Of a stretch of DNA of 64,000 bases, positions 39,625-50,752 are shown piece by piece. Within the stretch, counting starts at the first letter, position 1. Every line of letters starts with the position of its first letter. The notes beneath the pieces were generated by a model. It searched no databases. It was not told where the DNA came from and was given only the letters and a program-made list of their open reading frames with translations. The stretch is taken from positions 128,001 to 192,000 of the forward strand of contig CAVSHO010000009.1 of the NCBI GenBank assembly GCA_963727825.1. Reading direction: 5' to 3'. Origin of the DNA: Ignavibacteriota bacterium (GTDB taxonomy: Bacteria; Bacteroidota; Ignavibacteria; UBA10030). The translations under genes and the position numbers were made by a program.

Positions 39625-40587
39625 ATGGACGTTTACTTTTACGAAGCGTTTGAAGAAGAAGCCGATGCACTTAAATCTCTTCTCGGCAATCAATTATCCT
39701 ACGATTTAACTAATAAAACGATTCAGGAAGCCGGGCATATCACTCCGCCGGCACGTTTGATCAGTATCCGAACACAATCTATCGTTCCGGTAGATTGGGC
39801 AAACAGACTCGATGGCATTTTGAGCAGAAGCACAGGTTACGATCATCTAAAGAAATATTTAGAAAAAGTTCACACACAAATTCCATGCGGCTATCTGGAG
39901 GAATATGCCACACGCGCTGTTGCCGAACATGCCATTCTATTGATGATGGCTTTAATACGACGGCTACCACAGCAGATGATGCAATTCCAGCATTTCGATC
40001 GCGATTGCTTAACGGGCGGGGAATGTGCTGACAGGAATCTACTAGTTGTAGGCGTGGGTAGGATCGGAAGTGAAATTGTGAGGATCGGTTCAGCACTCGG
40101 TATGAATGTCCAAGGTGTCGACATAGTGCAGCGTCACAAAGAATTACGGTATGTCAACAAAGAAGAAGGAGTCGCTTGGGCTGATATTATCATCTGCGCG
40201 ATGAATTTGACAAATGAAAATCACGGCTACTTTTCCTACAATCTTTTGAAGAAAGCAAAGCGAGGTATTCTCTTCATCAACATTGCACGCGGTGAACACG
40301 CTCCACTTTCCGATCTATTGAAGTTAGTGCAGGAACACCATCTCTATGGACTTGGGCTTGATGTCTTTGAAGATGAACCGAATGTTGCCGTAGCTCTTCG
40401 AAGTGGACACACAAATACTTCTGCCGAAGTTCAAACATTAGCGGCGTTACTTCAGCATCCGAATGTTCTCTTTACACCGCACAATGCATTTAATACAATC
40501 GAAGCAGTCCGACGAAAATCTCAATTTAGTGTTGATGAGGTTATTTACTTTCTAAAGAATAAGAATTTTCGGACTCGTGTGCGATAG
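39625..40587 (+). CDS. D-isomer-specific 2-hydroxyacid dehydrogenase family protein
   Basis: RSTGYDH, AVAEHA, GVGRIG, INIARG, LDVFEDEP and TPHNAF. Confidence 0.9.
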   Translation: MDVYFYEAFEEEADALKSLLGNQLSYDLTNKTIQEAGHITPPARLISIRTQSIVPVDWANRLDGILSRSTGYDHLKKYLEKVHTQIPCGYLEEYATRAVAEHAILLMMALIRRLPQQMMQFQHFDRDCLTGGECADRNLLVVGVGRIGSEIVRIGSALGMNVQGVDIVQRHKELRYVNKEEGVAWADIIICAMNLTNENHGYFSYNLLKKAKRGILFINIARGEHAPLSDLLKLVQEHHLYGLGLDVFEDEPNVAVALRSGHTNTSAEVQTLAALLQHPNVLFTPHNAFNTIEAVRRKSQFSVDEVIYFLKNKNFRTRVR

Positions 40588-40621
40588 AATTCATCTAAGT
40601 GCTCCGTCTCTAAATGCATTA

Positions 40622-40731
40622 CTAGTGCCGTTTCTAAAAAATGATATTGTATTCTCTACGACACAGTGCCGCGGAAATAATGAAATAATCCTCACCGAAA
40701 ACACAATATTACTTAGTTGAAGCGGCACTAG
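40622..40731. mobile_element. 110-bp MITE-like element
   Basis: Imperfect terminal inverted repeats of about 29 bp, CTAGTGCCG(T/C)TTC...ATATTGT, bounded by CTAG at both ends. Confidence 0.6.
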
Positions 40732-40841
40732 CTTTTATCTCATTTATTTAGTTTTTAAATACCATCACTACCAAATTTGGCTTTAGATTCAAACAATATG
40801 GTTTTCAGCTCACGCACTTTTTATCTATATTGATAGAAAAT

Positions 40842-42786
40842 ATGCTATCACTTGAACATATTACTATTCAATTTGGAGAACGTTCGCTGTTCCAGGATGT
40901 TACAGCGACTGTTGGTCCGCGAGACTGTATTGGGCTGGTTGGTTCGAACGGCAGCGGTAAGTCTACACTTCTGAAAGCTATTGTTGGTCTTCAGCAAACC
41001 GATGCTGGAACTATCAGCAAAGCGCAATATGTAACGGTCGGCTACTTGCCACAAGACGGTGTTACCGCTTTCGGTCGTACCTTATATCAGGAATCAGAGA
41101 CTGCTTTTGAGGATGTCCTCCAAGTCCAGCATGAACTGGATGATGCACACCAACAACTTGCGAATCTTGATCCTTCCAGCGACGACTTTGCTGATACGCT
41201 TGAAGTTTTGGGTGAACTCCAGCATAAATTAGAAGACCTCGATGCCTACCGGATGAAATCCAAGATCGAACGCATTCTTATGGGACTCGGATTTTCTACA
41301 AAGGATTTTGAACGCCTGACGGACGAGTTTAGCGGCGGCTGGCAGATGCGCATTGCCCTTGCGAAATTGCTTTTAAAGGAACCCAATGTCCTCCTCCTCG
41401 ATGAGCCGACAAATCATCTCGATATTGAAACACTTCAATGGTTGGAAGAATATCTTTGTCAGTATAACGGCGCTATCATTCTTGTCTCGCACGACCGTAC
41501 ATTTCTTGATAATCTTACGAACGAAAACATTTGCTCTCAGCCGCGGTAAATTCGAAAGTTATGCCGGCAATTATTCTTTCTATGAAACCGAGCGCGAAGT
41601 ACGCAAAGAACTCCTTTTAAGCCAACTCAAGAATCAACAGCAGCATATCAAACAAACACAAGTATTCATCGAACGATTTCGGTATAAAGCTACTAAAGCA
41701 CGTCAAGTACAAAGCCGGATTAAACAGTTGGAAAAAATTGGGGTAGTAGAAGTGGAAAGCGAAGAAGAGGAAATCCATTTTCATTTTCCACCACCGCAAC
41801 AAAGCGGTCGTGTAGTGATGGAATTAAATAATCTCGGTAAACACTATGGTGCTTTAGAGGTTTTCAATAATCTTGATTACAAAGTTGAACGCGGCGATCG
41901 TATTGCAATCGTTGGAGTCAATGGTGCTGGTAAATCTACATTATCAAGGATCCTTGCCGGTGCAGAATCCTACGACTCAGGCGAGCGCATCATCGGCTAC
42001 AATGTTGTAACATCTTACTTCGCACAGGATCAAGCGGACGAACTCGATCCCACAAAGGACGTTCTGCAAACAGCAGAGGAATCTGCTGGAACAGAAACTC
42101 GCACTCAGCTTCGCACACTTCTTGGTTCATTTCTTTTTCATGGTGACGATGTTTTTAAGAGCGTATCCGTTCTCTCTGGCGGTGAAAAAAGTCGGCTTGC
42201 GTTAGCAAAAATGTTACTACAGCCGGCAAACTTTCTTATAATGGATGAACCGACGAATCATCTTGACATGAAATCAAAACGTGTACTGCAGGAAGCGCTA
42301 TTAAAGTATGAAGGCACTTTCGCCATAGTCTCGCACGACCGTGCTTTTCTCGATCCCATCGTCAACAAAGTTTTAGAAGTGAAACCCGGTTCACTCCGAA
42401 CGTTCCTCGGTAATCTCTCCGATTATATTATAAAGAAAAAAGAGGAACGCGAACAGACAGAACAGCGCATAGAAAAGTCAGCCACACCTCTTTCTAACGA
42501 GGCGCAAGCGACATGGCAAGAACAACAAAAACGACGCAAGAGCATCGCTCGCGATATCCGTATTGTGAAGAAGAAAGTTGAAGAAGCCGAGATTAGAATC
42601 CATCAACTGGAAACACGGAAAAAAGAGATCGAAGCATTACTCGCGAATCCCGAGCACTATAAAAACGGTGAAGAGGCAAAATTGATCGCAGCAGAATATA
42701 AGGAGTTACAAATCCAAATCGAAAAGGCATATACTAATTGGTCTGATTTAACTCATCAACTTGAGCAAGTGGAGAACGCTATTTAA
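40842..42786 (+). CDS. ABC-F family ATPase (frameshift near 41520)
   Basis: Two ABC cassettes (GSNGSGKST/FSGGW/LDEPTNHLD and GVNGAGKST/LSGGE/DEPTNHLD) and a C-terminal coiled coil. Confidence 0.9.
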
Positions 42787-42906
42787 CACTTTTCTCACGA
42801 ATGACATAGAATAAGTATTGTATGTAGCCGTACATTCAAGTTGATACTTGATAAGGGAATTGCTAAACTGTACAAGGTTTCATTAAATTATAGTCAGAAG
42901 GCGTTT

Positions 42907-44353
42907 ATGCAAACTACGATTTCCTTTATTCTCGATGGCAAAATCGTTACGCTCGACTTCAATTCCGCTTCGCGACTAACACCGACAACAACGGTTCTAA
43001 ATTATCTTCGGAGTCTGCCTAATCACAAAGGCGTAAAGGAAGGCTGTGCCGAAGGTGACTGCGGTGCTTGCACAATTGTACTTGGTGAATTGTCCATTGA
43101 CAATAGAATCCATTATCGAAACATCGATTCATGTCTTGTATTCCTGCCAATGCTGCATGGCAAACAACTTATAACAGTCGAGAACCTGCAAAACAGAAAC
43201 GGGCAATTGCACGCCGTTCAATCTGCAATGGTGGAAACCGGAGGAAGTCAGTGCGGATTCTGCACGCCGGGAATTGTAATGTCAATATTCTCGCTCTATA
43301 AAAATCACAACTTCCCAACACGAGAACAAATTGATGATGCGATTACCGGCAATTTATGCCGATGTACCGGTTACAAACCAATTGTGGAAGCGACGGCACG
43401 CGCATGCGTTTATAACGGAATCGATCATTTCACAGATGATGAACCGGCAATTCTCAAACTTCTCAAATCGATTCCACGCGAATCTATTTATATTAAAACC
43501 AAAGAACAAGAATATTTCCGCCCGAACACTCTAAAGGAAGCTCTTTCATTGAAGAGCAAATATCCCAATGCTTTCATCATCTCTGGTTCGACCGATGTTG
43601 CTTTACGAGTAACAAAGGGGTATGAAATCTTACCGCAACTCATTGATCTCTCTGGCGTCAAAGAATTACAATCTATACAAGAGACTGCCGACACACTCAC
43701 ACTCGGCGCTGGAATAATTCTTAACGATTTGCATGTAGTTGTAAAGGACAATTTCCCAGCACTTCACGATATTTTATCAGTCTTTGGTTCACAACAAATC
43801 AGGAACATCGCTACGCTTGGCGGTAATCTCGGAACAGCATCTCCTATCAGCGATACGTTGCCGGTGTTGATGGCATATAACGCGACTATCATTCTCCAAA
43901 GCATCAACACAAAACGCGAAATTAGTTTGGATGATTTTATACTTGGTTATCGAAAAACCGCCCGTAAACCAGATGAACTGATTACCGCAGTTTGTCTACC
44001 TAAATCGCAAAATGGCGCAATTGTCAAATCATATAAAATCTCCAAACGTAAAGATCTCGACATTTCTACAGTTAGCGCAGGATTTAGATTAGAATTCAAA
44101 GACGACAAAACGGTGAAAGACATCAAACTCATTTATGGTGGTATGGCAGATTGCGCAAAACGCGCGACAAATACAGAACAATTCCTTATTGGCAAACCAT
44201 GGAATCGAAAAATAGTGGAAGAAGCAATGCAGGTTGTCGAAGCGCGACTTCTTGCCAATTTCCGACGCACGAGGATCAGCAGAATTCAGAACAATAGCTG
44301 CAAAAAACTTGCTCCTTAAATTCTGGGTAGATATAGTGAACAATGAGCAGTGA
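42907..44353 (+). CDS. xdhA: Xanthine dehydrogenase small subunit (2Fe-2S plus FAD); frameshift near 44243
   Basis: KEGCAEGDCGAC, QCGFCTPG, GNLCRCTGY and QIRNIATLGGN; tail PISDARGSAEFR..NLLLKFW lies in the shifted frame. Confidence 0.92.
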
Positions 44354-44747
44354 TGAGTGATCAATGGCAAAAGAAAGTATAGTTCGAGAAAAGGCATTTG
44401 CATTTGCAATCAGGATTGTAAAGCTGTATAAATTTCTATCAACAGAAAAAAATGAATTTGTTCTTTCGAAACAGATATTACGCAGTGGCACTTCTATCGG
44501 TGCAAATATTGAAGAGGCAGATGGTGCAATTTCTAAAAAAGAATTTTCAAATAAAATATCCATTGCCTATAAAGAGGCAAGAGAAACTTCATATTGGTTA
44601 CGTTTATTGGAAGCCACTGATTTCATTGAAAAACGCCTATTCGAATCATTGGTAACCGACTGCGAAGAATTGTGTAAACTTCTTTTCGCAATTATAAGAA
44701 CCACGAGAATCAAAAATTGATCACTAATCATTCATCACTGATCACTA
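44334..44747. repeat. Inverted heptamer arrays flanking the four-helix-bundle gene
   Basis: Left TAGTGAA CAATGAG CAGTGAT GAGTGAT CAATGGC; right ATCACTA ATCATTC ATCACTG ATCACTA. Confidence 0.8.
44364..44720 (+). CDS. Four-helix bundle protein (23S rRNA IVS / TIGR02436-like)
   Basis: KAFAFAIRIVKLY, LSKQILRSGTSIGANIEEA and KEARETSYWL. Confidence 0.92.
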   Translation: MAKESIVREKAFAFAIRIVKLYKFLSTEKNEFVLSKQILRSGTSIGANIEEADGAISKKEFSNKISIAYKEARETSYWLRLLEATDFIEKRLFESLVTDCEELCKLLFAIIRTTRIKN

Positions 44748-47047
44748 TGAACATTCCTCACGAATCTGCATCAAAGCACGTATCCGGCGAAGCGGTTTAT
44801 ATTGATGACATACCTGTAAGTGACCAGTTATTGGTTGGTCGTGTTGTCTATAGTCCTCACGCGCATGCCAAGATTAAGTCGTTTGATTTAAGTGAAGCGA
44901 AGAAATCAGAGGGCATTCATGCTGTGCTTTGTTACAAGGATATTCCCGGACACAATCAGATGGGACCGGTTGTGGATGACGAACTTTGCCTCGCCATTGA
45001 CGAAGTGACATTCGTCGGTCAGGCAATGTTCCTTATCGCCGCCGAGACCGAAGCGCAGGCGCGCGCTGCAGAGAAACTAATAAAAGTTGAATATGAATTG
45101 CTTGAACCAATTCTTACAATCGAGCAAGCAATCGAGAAAAATAGTTTGCTCGGTCCACCGCGGGCTATGCAACGCGGCGATGCAAACAGCGCACTCGTTT
45201 CCGCATCGCATGTATTAAAAGGAGAAATTCATACTGGTGCGCAGGAACATTGGTATCTTGAAACACAGATCAGCTTGTGTATTCCAGGTGAACACGACGA
45301 AATGAATGTCTTCAGCGGAACTCAGAATCCGACAGAAACGCAAATTCTCGTTGCAGAAGTGCTTGGCATTCCATTTAACGAAGTTGCAGTAGAAATACGA
45401 CGAATGGGCGGCGCTTTCGGCGGAAAAGAAACACAGGCAAATCACGTTGCCTGCTGGTCTGCGCTTCTTGCGCAAGCAACAAAACGGCCGGTTAAAATTC
45501 GGCTTTTCCGCGATGACGATATGATTATGACCGGCAAGCGCCATCGTTTCCTGACCAAATATGAAGTTGGATTTGATGATAATGGAAAACTGCTCGCGTT
45601 GAAATTAGAATTGAACAGCGACGGCGGCGCCGCAACCGACTTATCGTTCGCTATTATGGAACGCGCCATGCTTCACGCAGATAATGCTTACTTCGTTCCC
45701 AACATGACAGTGCTAGCACGCGTTTGGAAAACTAATCTTCCATCTAATACTGCGTTCCGAGGATTTGGCGGACCACAGGGAATGGCAGCAATTGAGACTA
45801 TCATCGACCGCATTGCACGATATCTAAAAAAAGATGCACTTGATATTCGATATATAAATTTCTATGGCATAGAAACAAACAACATTACACATTATGGCCA
45901 GAAGATCGAGAACAATCGGTTCTTCGTCATCTATGATCAATTGATGAAATCGTCAGAGTATCATAAGCGACGGAACGAAGTGAATGAATTCAACACTACG
46001 CATGAATTCACAAAAAAAGGTCTTGCCTGCACTCCGGTAAAATTTGGCATCTCATTCACGACAACATATCTTAATCAAGCAGGAGCACTCGTCAATGTTT
46101 ATACAGATGGTACGATTCTCGTGAATCATGGCGGCACAGAAATGGGTCAAGGATTACATACAAAGATTCGGCAGATAGCAGCGGCAGAATTTGGCGTCAG
46201 CTTGGACCGCGTTAAAGTGAACGCTACTAATACATCTAATGTCCCTAATACTTCTGCTACGGCGGCGTCTTCCGGCGCGGATTTAAATGGTGCCGCCGTT
46301 AAGAATGCCATCGACATACTCAAGTCTCGTATTGCCGGGGAAATGGCAAAAGTGTTTTCGGAAAAAAATCCAAATAAGCCAACAATACAAAATTCCATTC
46401 TATTCCAAGAAGATAAGGTGTTTGATTCGGCTAATCCCGAAAGGATTATGAAATTTGATGAAGCAATGAACTTGATGAGACTTCGTCAAATAAGCCTTAG
46501 CTCCACCGGTTATTACCGAACACCTGAGATCGGTTGGGACAAAGAGAAAGGTTGGGGCAAACCATTCTATTATTATTCATTTGGAATGTGCGTCTCCGAA
46601 ATTTTATTAGACATTCTTACCGGGCGGCATACACTTTTACGCGTCGACATTTTACACGATGCCGGGGAATCACTCAATCCGCTAATCGACCGTGGACAGA
46701 TTGAAGGCGGTTTCATCCAAGGTGTTGGTTGGTGTACAACTGAAGAAATAAAATGGGACGATAAAGGCAGATTGATGACGCACTCGCCGGACACATATAA
46801 AATTCCGACAGTGCAGGACATCCCAAAGGATTTTCGTGTAGAATTTTTACAAGGTTATCCTAATCCTGTTGCTATTCGACAGAGCAAGACAGTAGCAGAA
46901 CCGCCATTTATGTACGGACTTTCAACGTGGCTCGCTATTAAAGATGCTGTGTCGGCAATTATGGATCATAAAAAAGAACCGGAATTTTCTCTGCCAGCGA
47001 CGAATGAAGTGATCCTGCTATCAATTGATAAGCTCAAAAGAAAATAA
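44747..47047 (+). CDS. xdhB: Xanthine dehydrogenase molybdopterin-binding subunit
   Basis: HESASKHVSGEA, RRMGGAFGGKETQ, TAFRGFGGPQG, GGTEMGQG and SKTVAEPP. Confidence 0.95.
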   Translation: MNIPHESASKHVSGEAVYIDDIPVSDQLLVGRVVYSPHAHAKIKSFDLSEAKKSEGIHAVLCYKDIPGHNQMGPVVDDELCLAIDEVTFVGQAMFLIAAETEAQARAAEKLIKVEYELLEPILTIEQAIEKNSLLGPPRAMQRGDANSALVSASHVLKGEIHTGAQEHWYLETQISLCIPGEHDEMNVFSGTQNPTETQILVAEVLGIPFNEVAVEIRRMGGAFGGKETQANHVACWSALLAQATKRPVKIRLFRDDDMIMTGKRHRFLTKYEVGFDDNGKLLALKLELNSDGGAATDLSFAIMERAMLHADNAYFVPNMTVLARVWKTNLPSNTAFRGFGGPQGMAAIETIIDRIARYLKKDALDIRYINFYGIETNNITHYGQKIENNRFFVIYDQLMKSSEYHKRRNEVNEFNTTHEFTKKGLACTPVKFGISFTTTYLNQAGALVNVYTDGTILVNHGGTEMGQGLHTKIRQIAAAEFGVSLDRVKVNATNTSNVPNTSATAASSGADLNGAAVKNAIDILKSRIAGEMAKVFSEKNPNKPTIQNSILFQEDKVFDSANPERIMKFDEAMNLMRLRQISLSSTGYYRTPEIGWDKEKGWGKPFYYYSFGMCVSEILLDILTGRHTLLRVDILHDAGESLNPLIDRGQIEGGFIQGVGWCTTEEIKWDDKGRLMTHSPDTYKIPTVQDIPKDFRVEFLQGYPNPVAIRQSKTVAEPPFMYGLSTWLAIKDAVSAIMDHKKEPEFSLPATNEVILLSIDKLKRK

Positions 47048-47080
47048 TCATTGCCAGAAAAGAAAGCGTATACATAACAA

Positions 47081-48217
47081 ATGGATATTTACCAGGAACT
47101 CCTCGATTCACTTGAAACAGAAGAGCAAATTATTATGGCGACTATTGTCTCCACGAAGGGTTCGACACCATCGGCCACGCTTTCAAAAATGATTATCAAG
47201 AATAAAGGCAAAACATCTATTGGAACTATTGGCGGCGGATGTGTGGAGGCAGATGTTTTAGGGCGCGCACAACAGAAACTTCAAACGGGGACGATAGAGA
47301 CATTATGCTTTGAATTACGCGAAGACGAGTATATTCAAGGATTAATCTGCGGTGGCACAATCAATGTTTTGCTGGAGCCAATCGGCAGAGATCTTATTCC
47401 ATTTTTCCGTGAGCTCAAATCTATACGTGATAATGGAAATGATTCTGTTATTGGCACGTCTCTTAACTCTGATGGCCGCGTTATTCGCAAAACAATTCTT
47501 GCAGAAAATCAAAGCACCGGACTTTTCTTAAACAAAGAGCAAGAATCATACTGGCAAATGCTTCTGCAAAAAGCTGCGCCGCCATTGCAAAATACGTTCG
47601 CCGAAATTATTGGATCGTCTTTGAAGCATCAGAGTGTCACTCGCATTCCATTGAATGAAGGCGAGCTCATTTTTGAACCTGTTCCCGGTTTGCCCAATCT
47701 TATTCTTTTCGGAGGCGGTCATGTCTCCAGGGCAATTTGCAAATCAGCGGCTTCATGCGGATTTCAGGTAACCGTCACCGATGATCGAGAAGCATTTTGC
47801 AATCCTGCCCGATTTCCAGAAGCATCTGAAACCGTTGTTTCCGATTTTTCTGAAGTTTTTAACCATATTACCATCAAACCGACAACTTATCTTGTCATAG
47901 TAACACGCGGACATCGATATGATGAAGAAGTTCTCGAAAAAGCTCTGAAAACCCCGGCACACTACATCGGAATGATGGGAAGTCAACGAAAAATCTTAAC
48001 AACATATAAACGGCTTCTACAATACGGTTTTAAGACCGAAGACCTGAAGCGCGTTCAATCTCCGATCGGAATTGAGATAGGAGCGATCACTCCAGAAGAA
48101 ATTGCAATAAGTGTAGTTGCACAGCTTATTCGCATTCGTCGTGGCTATTCAAAACCAGCCATTGATAAATCGGAATTGATGTATTCCTTTTTTCATAAAA
48201 ACGACGTACTATCTTAA
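47081..48217 (+). CDS. xdhC: XdhC/CoxI molybdenum-cofactor chaperone
   Basis: GSTP, GTIGGGCVE, CGG, FGGGHV, TRGH, YIGMMGS and TPEEIAIS. Confidence 0.9.
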   Translation: MDIYQELLDSLETEEQIIMATIVSTKGSTPSATLSKMIIKNKGKTSIGTIGGGCVEADVLGRAQQKLQTGTIETLCFELREDEYIQGLICGGTINVLLEPIGRDLIPFFRELKSIRDNGNDSVIGTSLNSDGRVIRKTILAENQSTGLFLNKEQESYWQMLLQKAAPPLQNTFAEIIGSSLKHQSVTRIPLNEGELIFEPVPGLPNLILFGGGHVSRAICKSAASCGFQVTVTDDREAFCNPARFPEASETVVSDFSEVFNHITIKPTTYLVIVTRGHRYDEEVLEKALKTPAHYIGMMGSQRKILTTYKRLLQYGFKTEDLKRVQSPIGIEIGAITPEEIAISVVAQLIRIRRGYSKPAIDKSELMYSFFHKNDVLS

Positions 48218-48261
48218 TAGCATATTAGAATTCAAATCAAAGAAGAGCAGAAAATTAATTC

Positions 48262-48660
48262 ATGGATACAACTGCACAAAAACCAAAAGTATTAATCATT
48301 GATGACGATCCTTCACTTCGACGTCTTGTGCAAGTTGTTTTCGAGCGTAACGGGTTTGATGCATCTCTTGCCAGTGATGGCAGTGAAGGAGTCCATCTGG
48401 CATTGATGAATCCTCCTAATGTCATCATTCTCGATATTATGATGGAAGGACTTCACGGATTTGAAGTTTGTAAGATGCTTCGCGCTAATTCAAGTATGCG
48501 ACATACTGTTATTATTATTACATCGGGGAAATCGTACAAACCGGACATAGATAAGGCAATGGAGCTCGGTGCTGATTCATATGTTGTAAAACCTTTTTCA
48601 CCCAAAGAGCTTCTTAAAATAGCCATCGAACATATGAATGAACGAGCGAGTCAATTATGA
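48262..48660 (+). CDS. Single-domain response regulator
   Basis: IIDDD, ILDIMM and YVVKPF. Confidence 0.92.
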   Translation: MDTTAQKPKVLIIDDDPSLRRLVQVVFERNGFDASLASDGSEGVHLALMNPPNVIILDIMMEGLHGFEVCKMLRANSSMRHTVIIITSGKSYKPDIDKAMELGADSYVVKPFSPKELLKIAIEHMNERASQL

Positions 48661-49541
48661 TGAACATTAGATTTTGGGGAACACGAGGATCTATTCCTTC
48701 ACCTGGAAAATCGACAGTTAAATATGGCGGAAACACATCCTGCGTGGAAGTGCGTGCAGGGAAACAAATACTCATTTTTGATGCTGGCACTGGCATTCGA
48801 GATCTTGGCAATCAACTTCTCAATGAATTTAAAACGCAGCCGGTCAAACTACATCTCTTCATTAGCCATACGCATTGGGATCACATACAGGGATTTCCTT
48901 TTTTCATGCCAGCATATAATAAGAACTTTCAGATCATCGTGTACGGCCCACCAGCACGTGATAAAAGTCTCAAAGATCTATTTAAATTTCAGATGGATTC
49001 AGAATATTTTCCAGTACCATTAGGCGATTTGAACGCCCAGATCGTCATCCAGGAAGTCCGCGAGCCATTCCGTATTGACGATTTGCAGATATCATCATTC
49101 TATATGAATCATCCAACAATGACACTCGCCTATAAAATTTCCGATAGGGAAAAAACATTCGTTTACGCTACAGATAACGAGCCCTATCGGTACACGCTTC
49201 ATGCCGCCCGCAAAGATCCGCTTGCTTCAAAGTACGGTGCAGAGCTGGATCAAAAGTTTATCGAATTTATTAGTGGAGCTGATTTCGTCGTGAGTGATGC
49301 GCAGTACACCCTAGAAGAATATCGATCAAAGGTCGGTTGGGGGCACTCCCCTATCGAATCAATTGTGGAGTTTGCGATAAAAGCAAATGTGAAACAGTTG
49401 GCGTTGTACCACCACGACCCATCACACAACGATGTAACAGTTGACGCTATAGTGCAACACGCACAGAAATTACTTTCGACACAAAAATCTTCTGTGCAAT
49501 GTTTCGGTGCTGTTGAAGGGATGGAAATAAAACTGGCATAA
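48657..49541 (+). CDS. MBL-fold metallohydrolase (RNase Z/cyclic-nucleotide phosphodiesterase-like)
   Basis: FWGTRGS, YGGNTSC, DAGTG, SHTHWDHIQG, WGHS and HHDP. Confidence 0.9.
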   Translation: MMNIRFWGTRGSIPSPGKSTVKYGGNTSCVEVRAGKQILIFDAGTGIRDLGNQLLNEFKTQPVKLHLFISHTHWDHIQGFPFFMPAYNKNFQIIVYGPPARDKSLKDLFKFQMDSEYFPVPLGDLNAQIVIQEVREPFRIDDLQISSFYMNHPTMTLAYKISDREKTFVYATDNEPYRYTLHAARKDPLASKYGAELDQKFIEFISGADFVVSDAQYTLEEYRSKVGWGHSPIESIVEFAIKANVKQLALYHHDPSHNDVTVDAIVQHAQKLLSTQKSSVQCFGAVEGMEIKLA

Positions 49542-49559
49542 TATGCAGAATCACTTTAT

Positions 49560-50687
49560 TTATTCTTTTAGCCGTCGTCCGACGTAATCAATCATCTGCT
49601 GTTTAAATATCTTTCGGTCAAACTTCTCCGCGTGTCGGCGAATGGCATACGGATCGAACTTCATTTTTGAAAGTGATCTAATAGCAGTATTGAGGGCTTC
49701 AAAGGTTGACTCGTAGAAAAATATACCGGTTGGTGAAACACCATCCGCAACAACCGTTTCCATAGCACCCCCTTCTCCAAATGCTACAACTGGCTTTCCG
49801 CTTGCCATTGCTTCAAGCGGAACGATACCAAAATCTTCAACTCCCGGAAATATTAGTGCTCGGCATCCGGAATAAAGTTTTGCAAGACTCTCGCCGCTCT
49901 GCCAGCCAAGAAATTCGATATTCTTGTTTACTTTTTTCTCCAATTTTTCTCGTTCAGGACCAGAACCTACAACGAGAAGTTTCTCACCACTTTTGTTGAA
50001 CGTTTCGATTGCAAGATCAACCCGTTTATATGGAACTAAGGCGCTGACAATTATATAATAGCCATCATCTTTTTCAGAGACTGTGAATTGATCGGTGCTA
50101 ACCGGTGGATAGATAATATCAGAGGTACGATGATAAATGCGCGAGATGCGTTCAGCAACATTATGGGAGTTTGCAATAAAATAGTGAACGCGGTTACATG
50201 TCCGGACATCCCATCGACGAAGATATGGCGCCATTAAAGCCATTATTGATCTAGTAACAAATCCAGCATTTCTTTTTCCAAAATATTCCTCATACTGATC
50301 CCAGACATATCGCATGGGAGAATGGCAATAGCAAATATGTTTTATGCCATCCTTCGGTATTGCTCCCTTTGCGACAGCGGAGCTTGTTGAAATGACGAGA
50401 TCGTACCCTGATAAATCAAGAGAACCGATTGCGAGCGGCATCAGCGGTAAATAATTTCTATATTTTGTTGCTTTCATAGGTAGGTGTTGAATGAAAGACG
50501 TTTTTATTTTCATATGCTCGATAGTTGGTGACATTGCTCCTTCATTATGAAGCAGAGTGAAAACTGTTGCATCTGGGAATAATTCACATAGAACTTCAAG
50601 AACCTTTTCACCGCCGCGCATGCCGGTCAGCCAATCATGAACAATCGCAATGCGTTGAGAAGGCAAATGTATTGTTGATAGACTCAT
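49560..50687 (-). CDS. Glycosyltransferase family 4
   Basis: VHDWLTGMRGGEKVL and EDFGIVPLEAMASG. Confidence 0.92.
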   Translation of the reverse strand: MSLSTIHLPSQRIAIVHDWLTGMRGGEKVLEVLCELFPDATVFTLLHNEGAMSPTIEHMKIKTSFIQHLPMKATKYRNYLPLMPLAIGSLDLSGYDLVISTSSAVAKGAIPKDGIKHICYCHSPMRYVWDQYEEYFGKRNAGFVTRSIMALMAPYLRRWDVRTCNRVHYFIANSHNVAERISRIYHRTSDIIYPPVSTDQFTVSEKDDGYYIIVSALVPYKRVDLAIETFNKSGEKLLVVGSGPEREKLEKKVNKNIEFLGWQSGESLAKLYSGCRALIFPGVEDFGIVPLEAMASGKPVVAFGEGGAMETVVADGVSPTGIFFYESTFEALNTAIRSLSKMKFDPYAIRRHAEKFDRKIFKQQMIDYVGRRLKE

Positions 50688-50752
50688 AATTGACTTTTCA
50701 TTTCATCGCTAATTCGACTCAATTGTTCTTTACAAGGTTATTTAATAGAATT

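Noticed and set aside
44364-44720. Diversity-generating retroelement Avd
   Set aside because: No reverse transcriptase or TR/VR repeat pair is present in the window.
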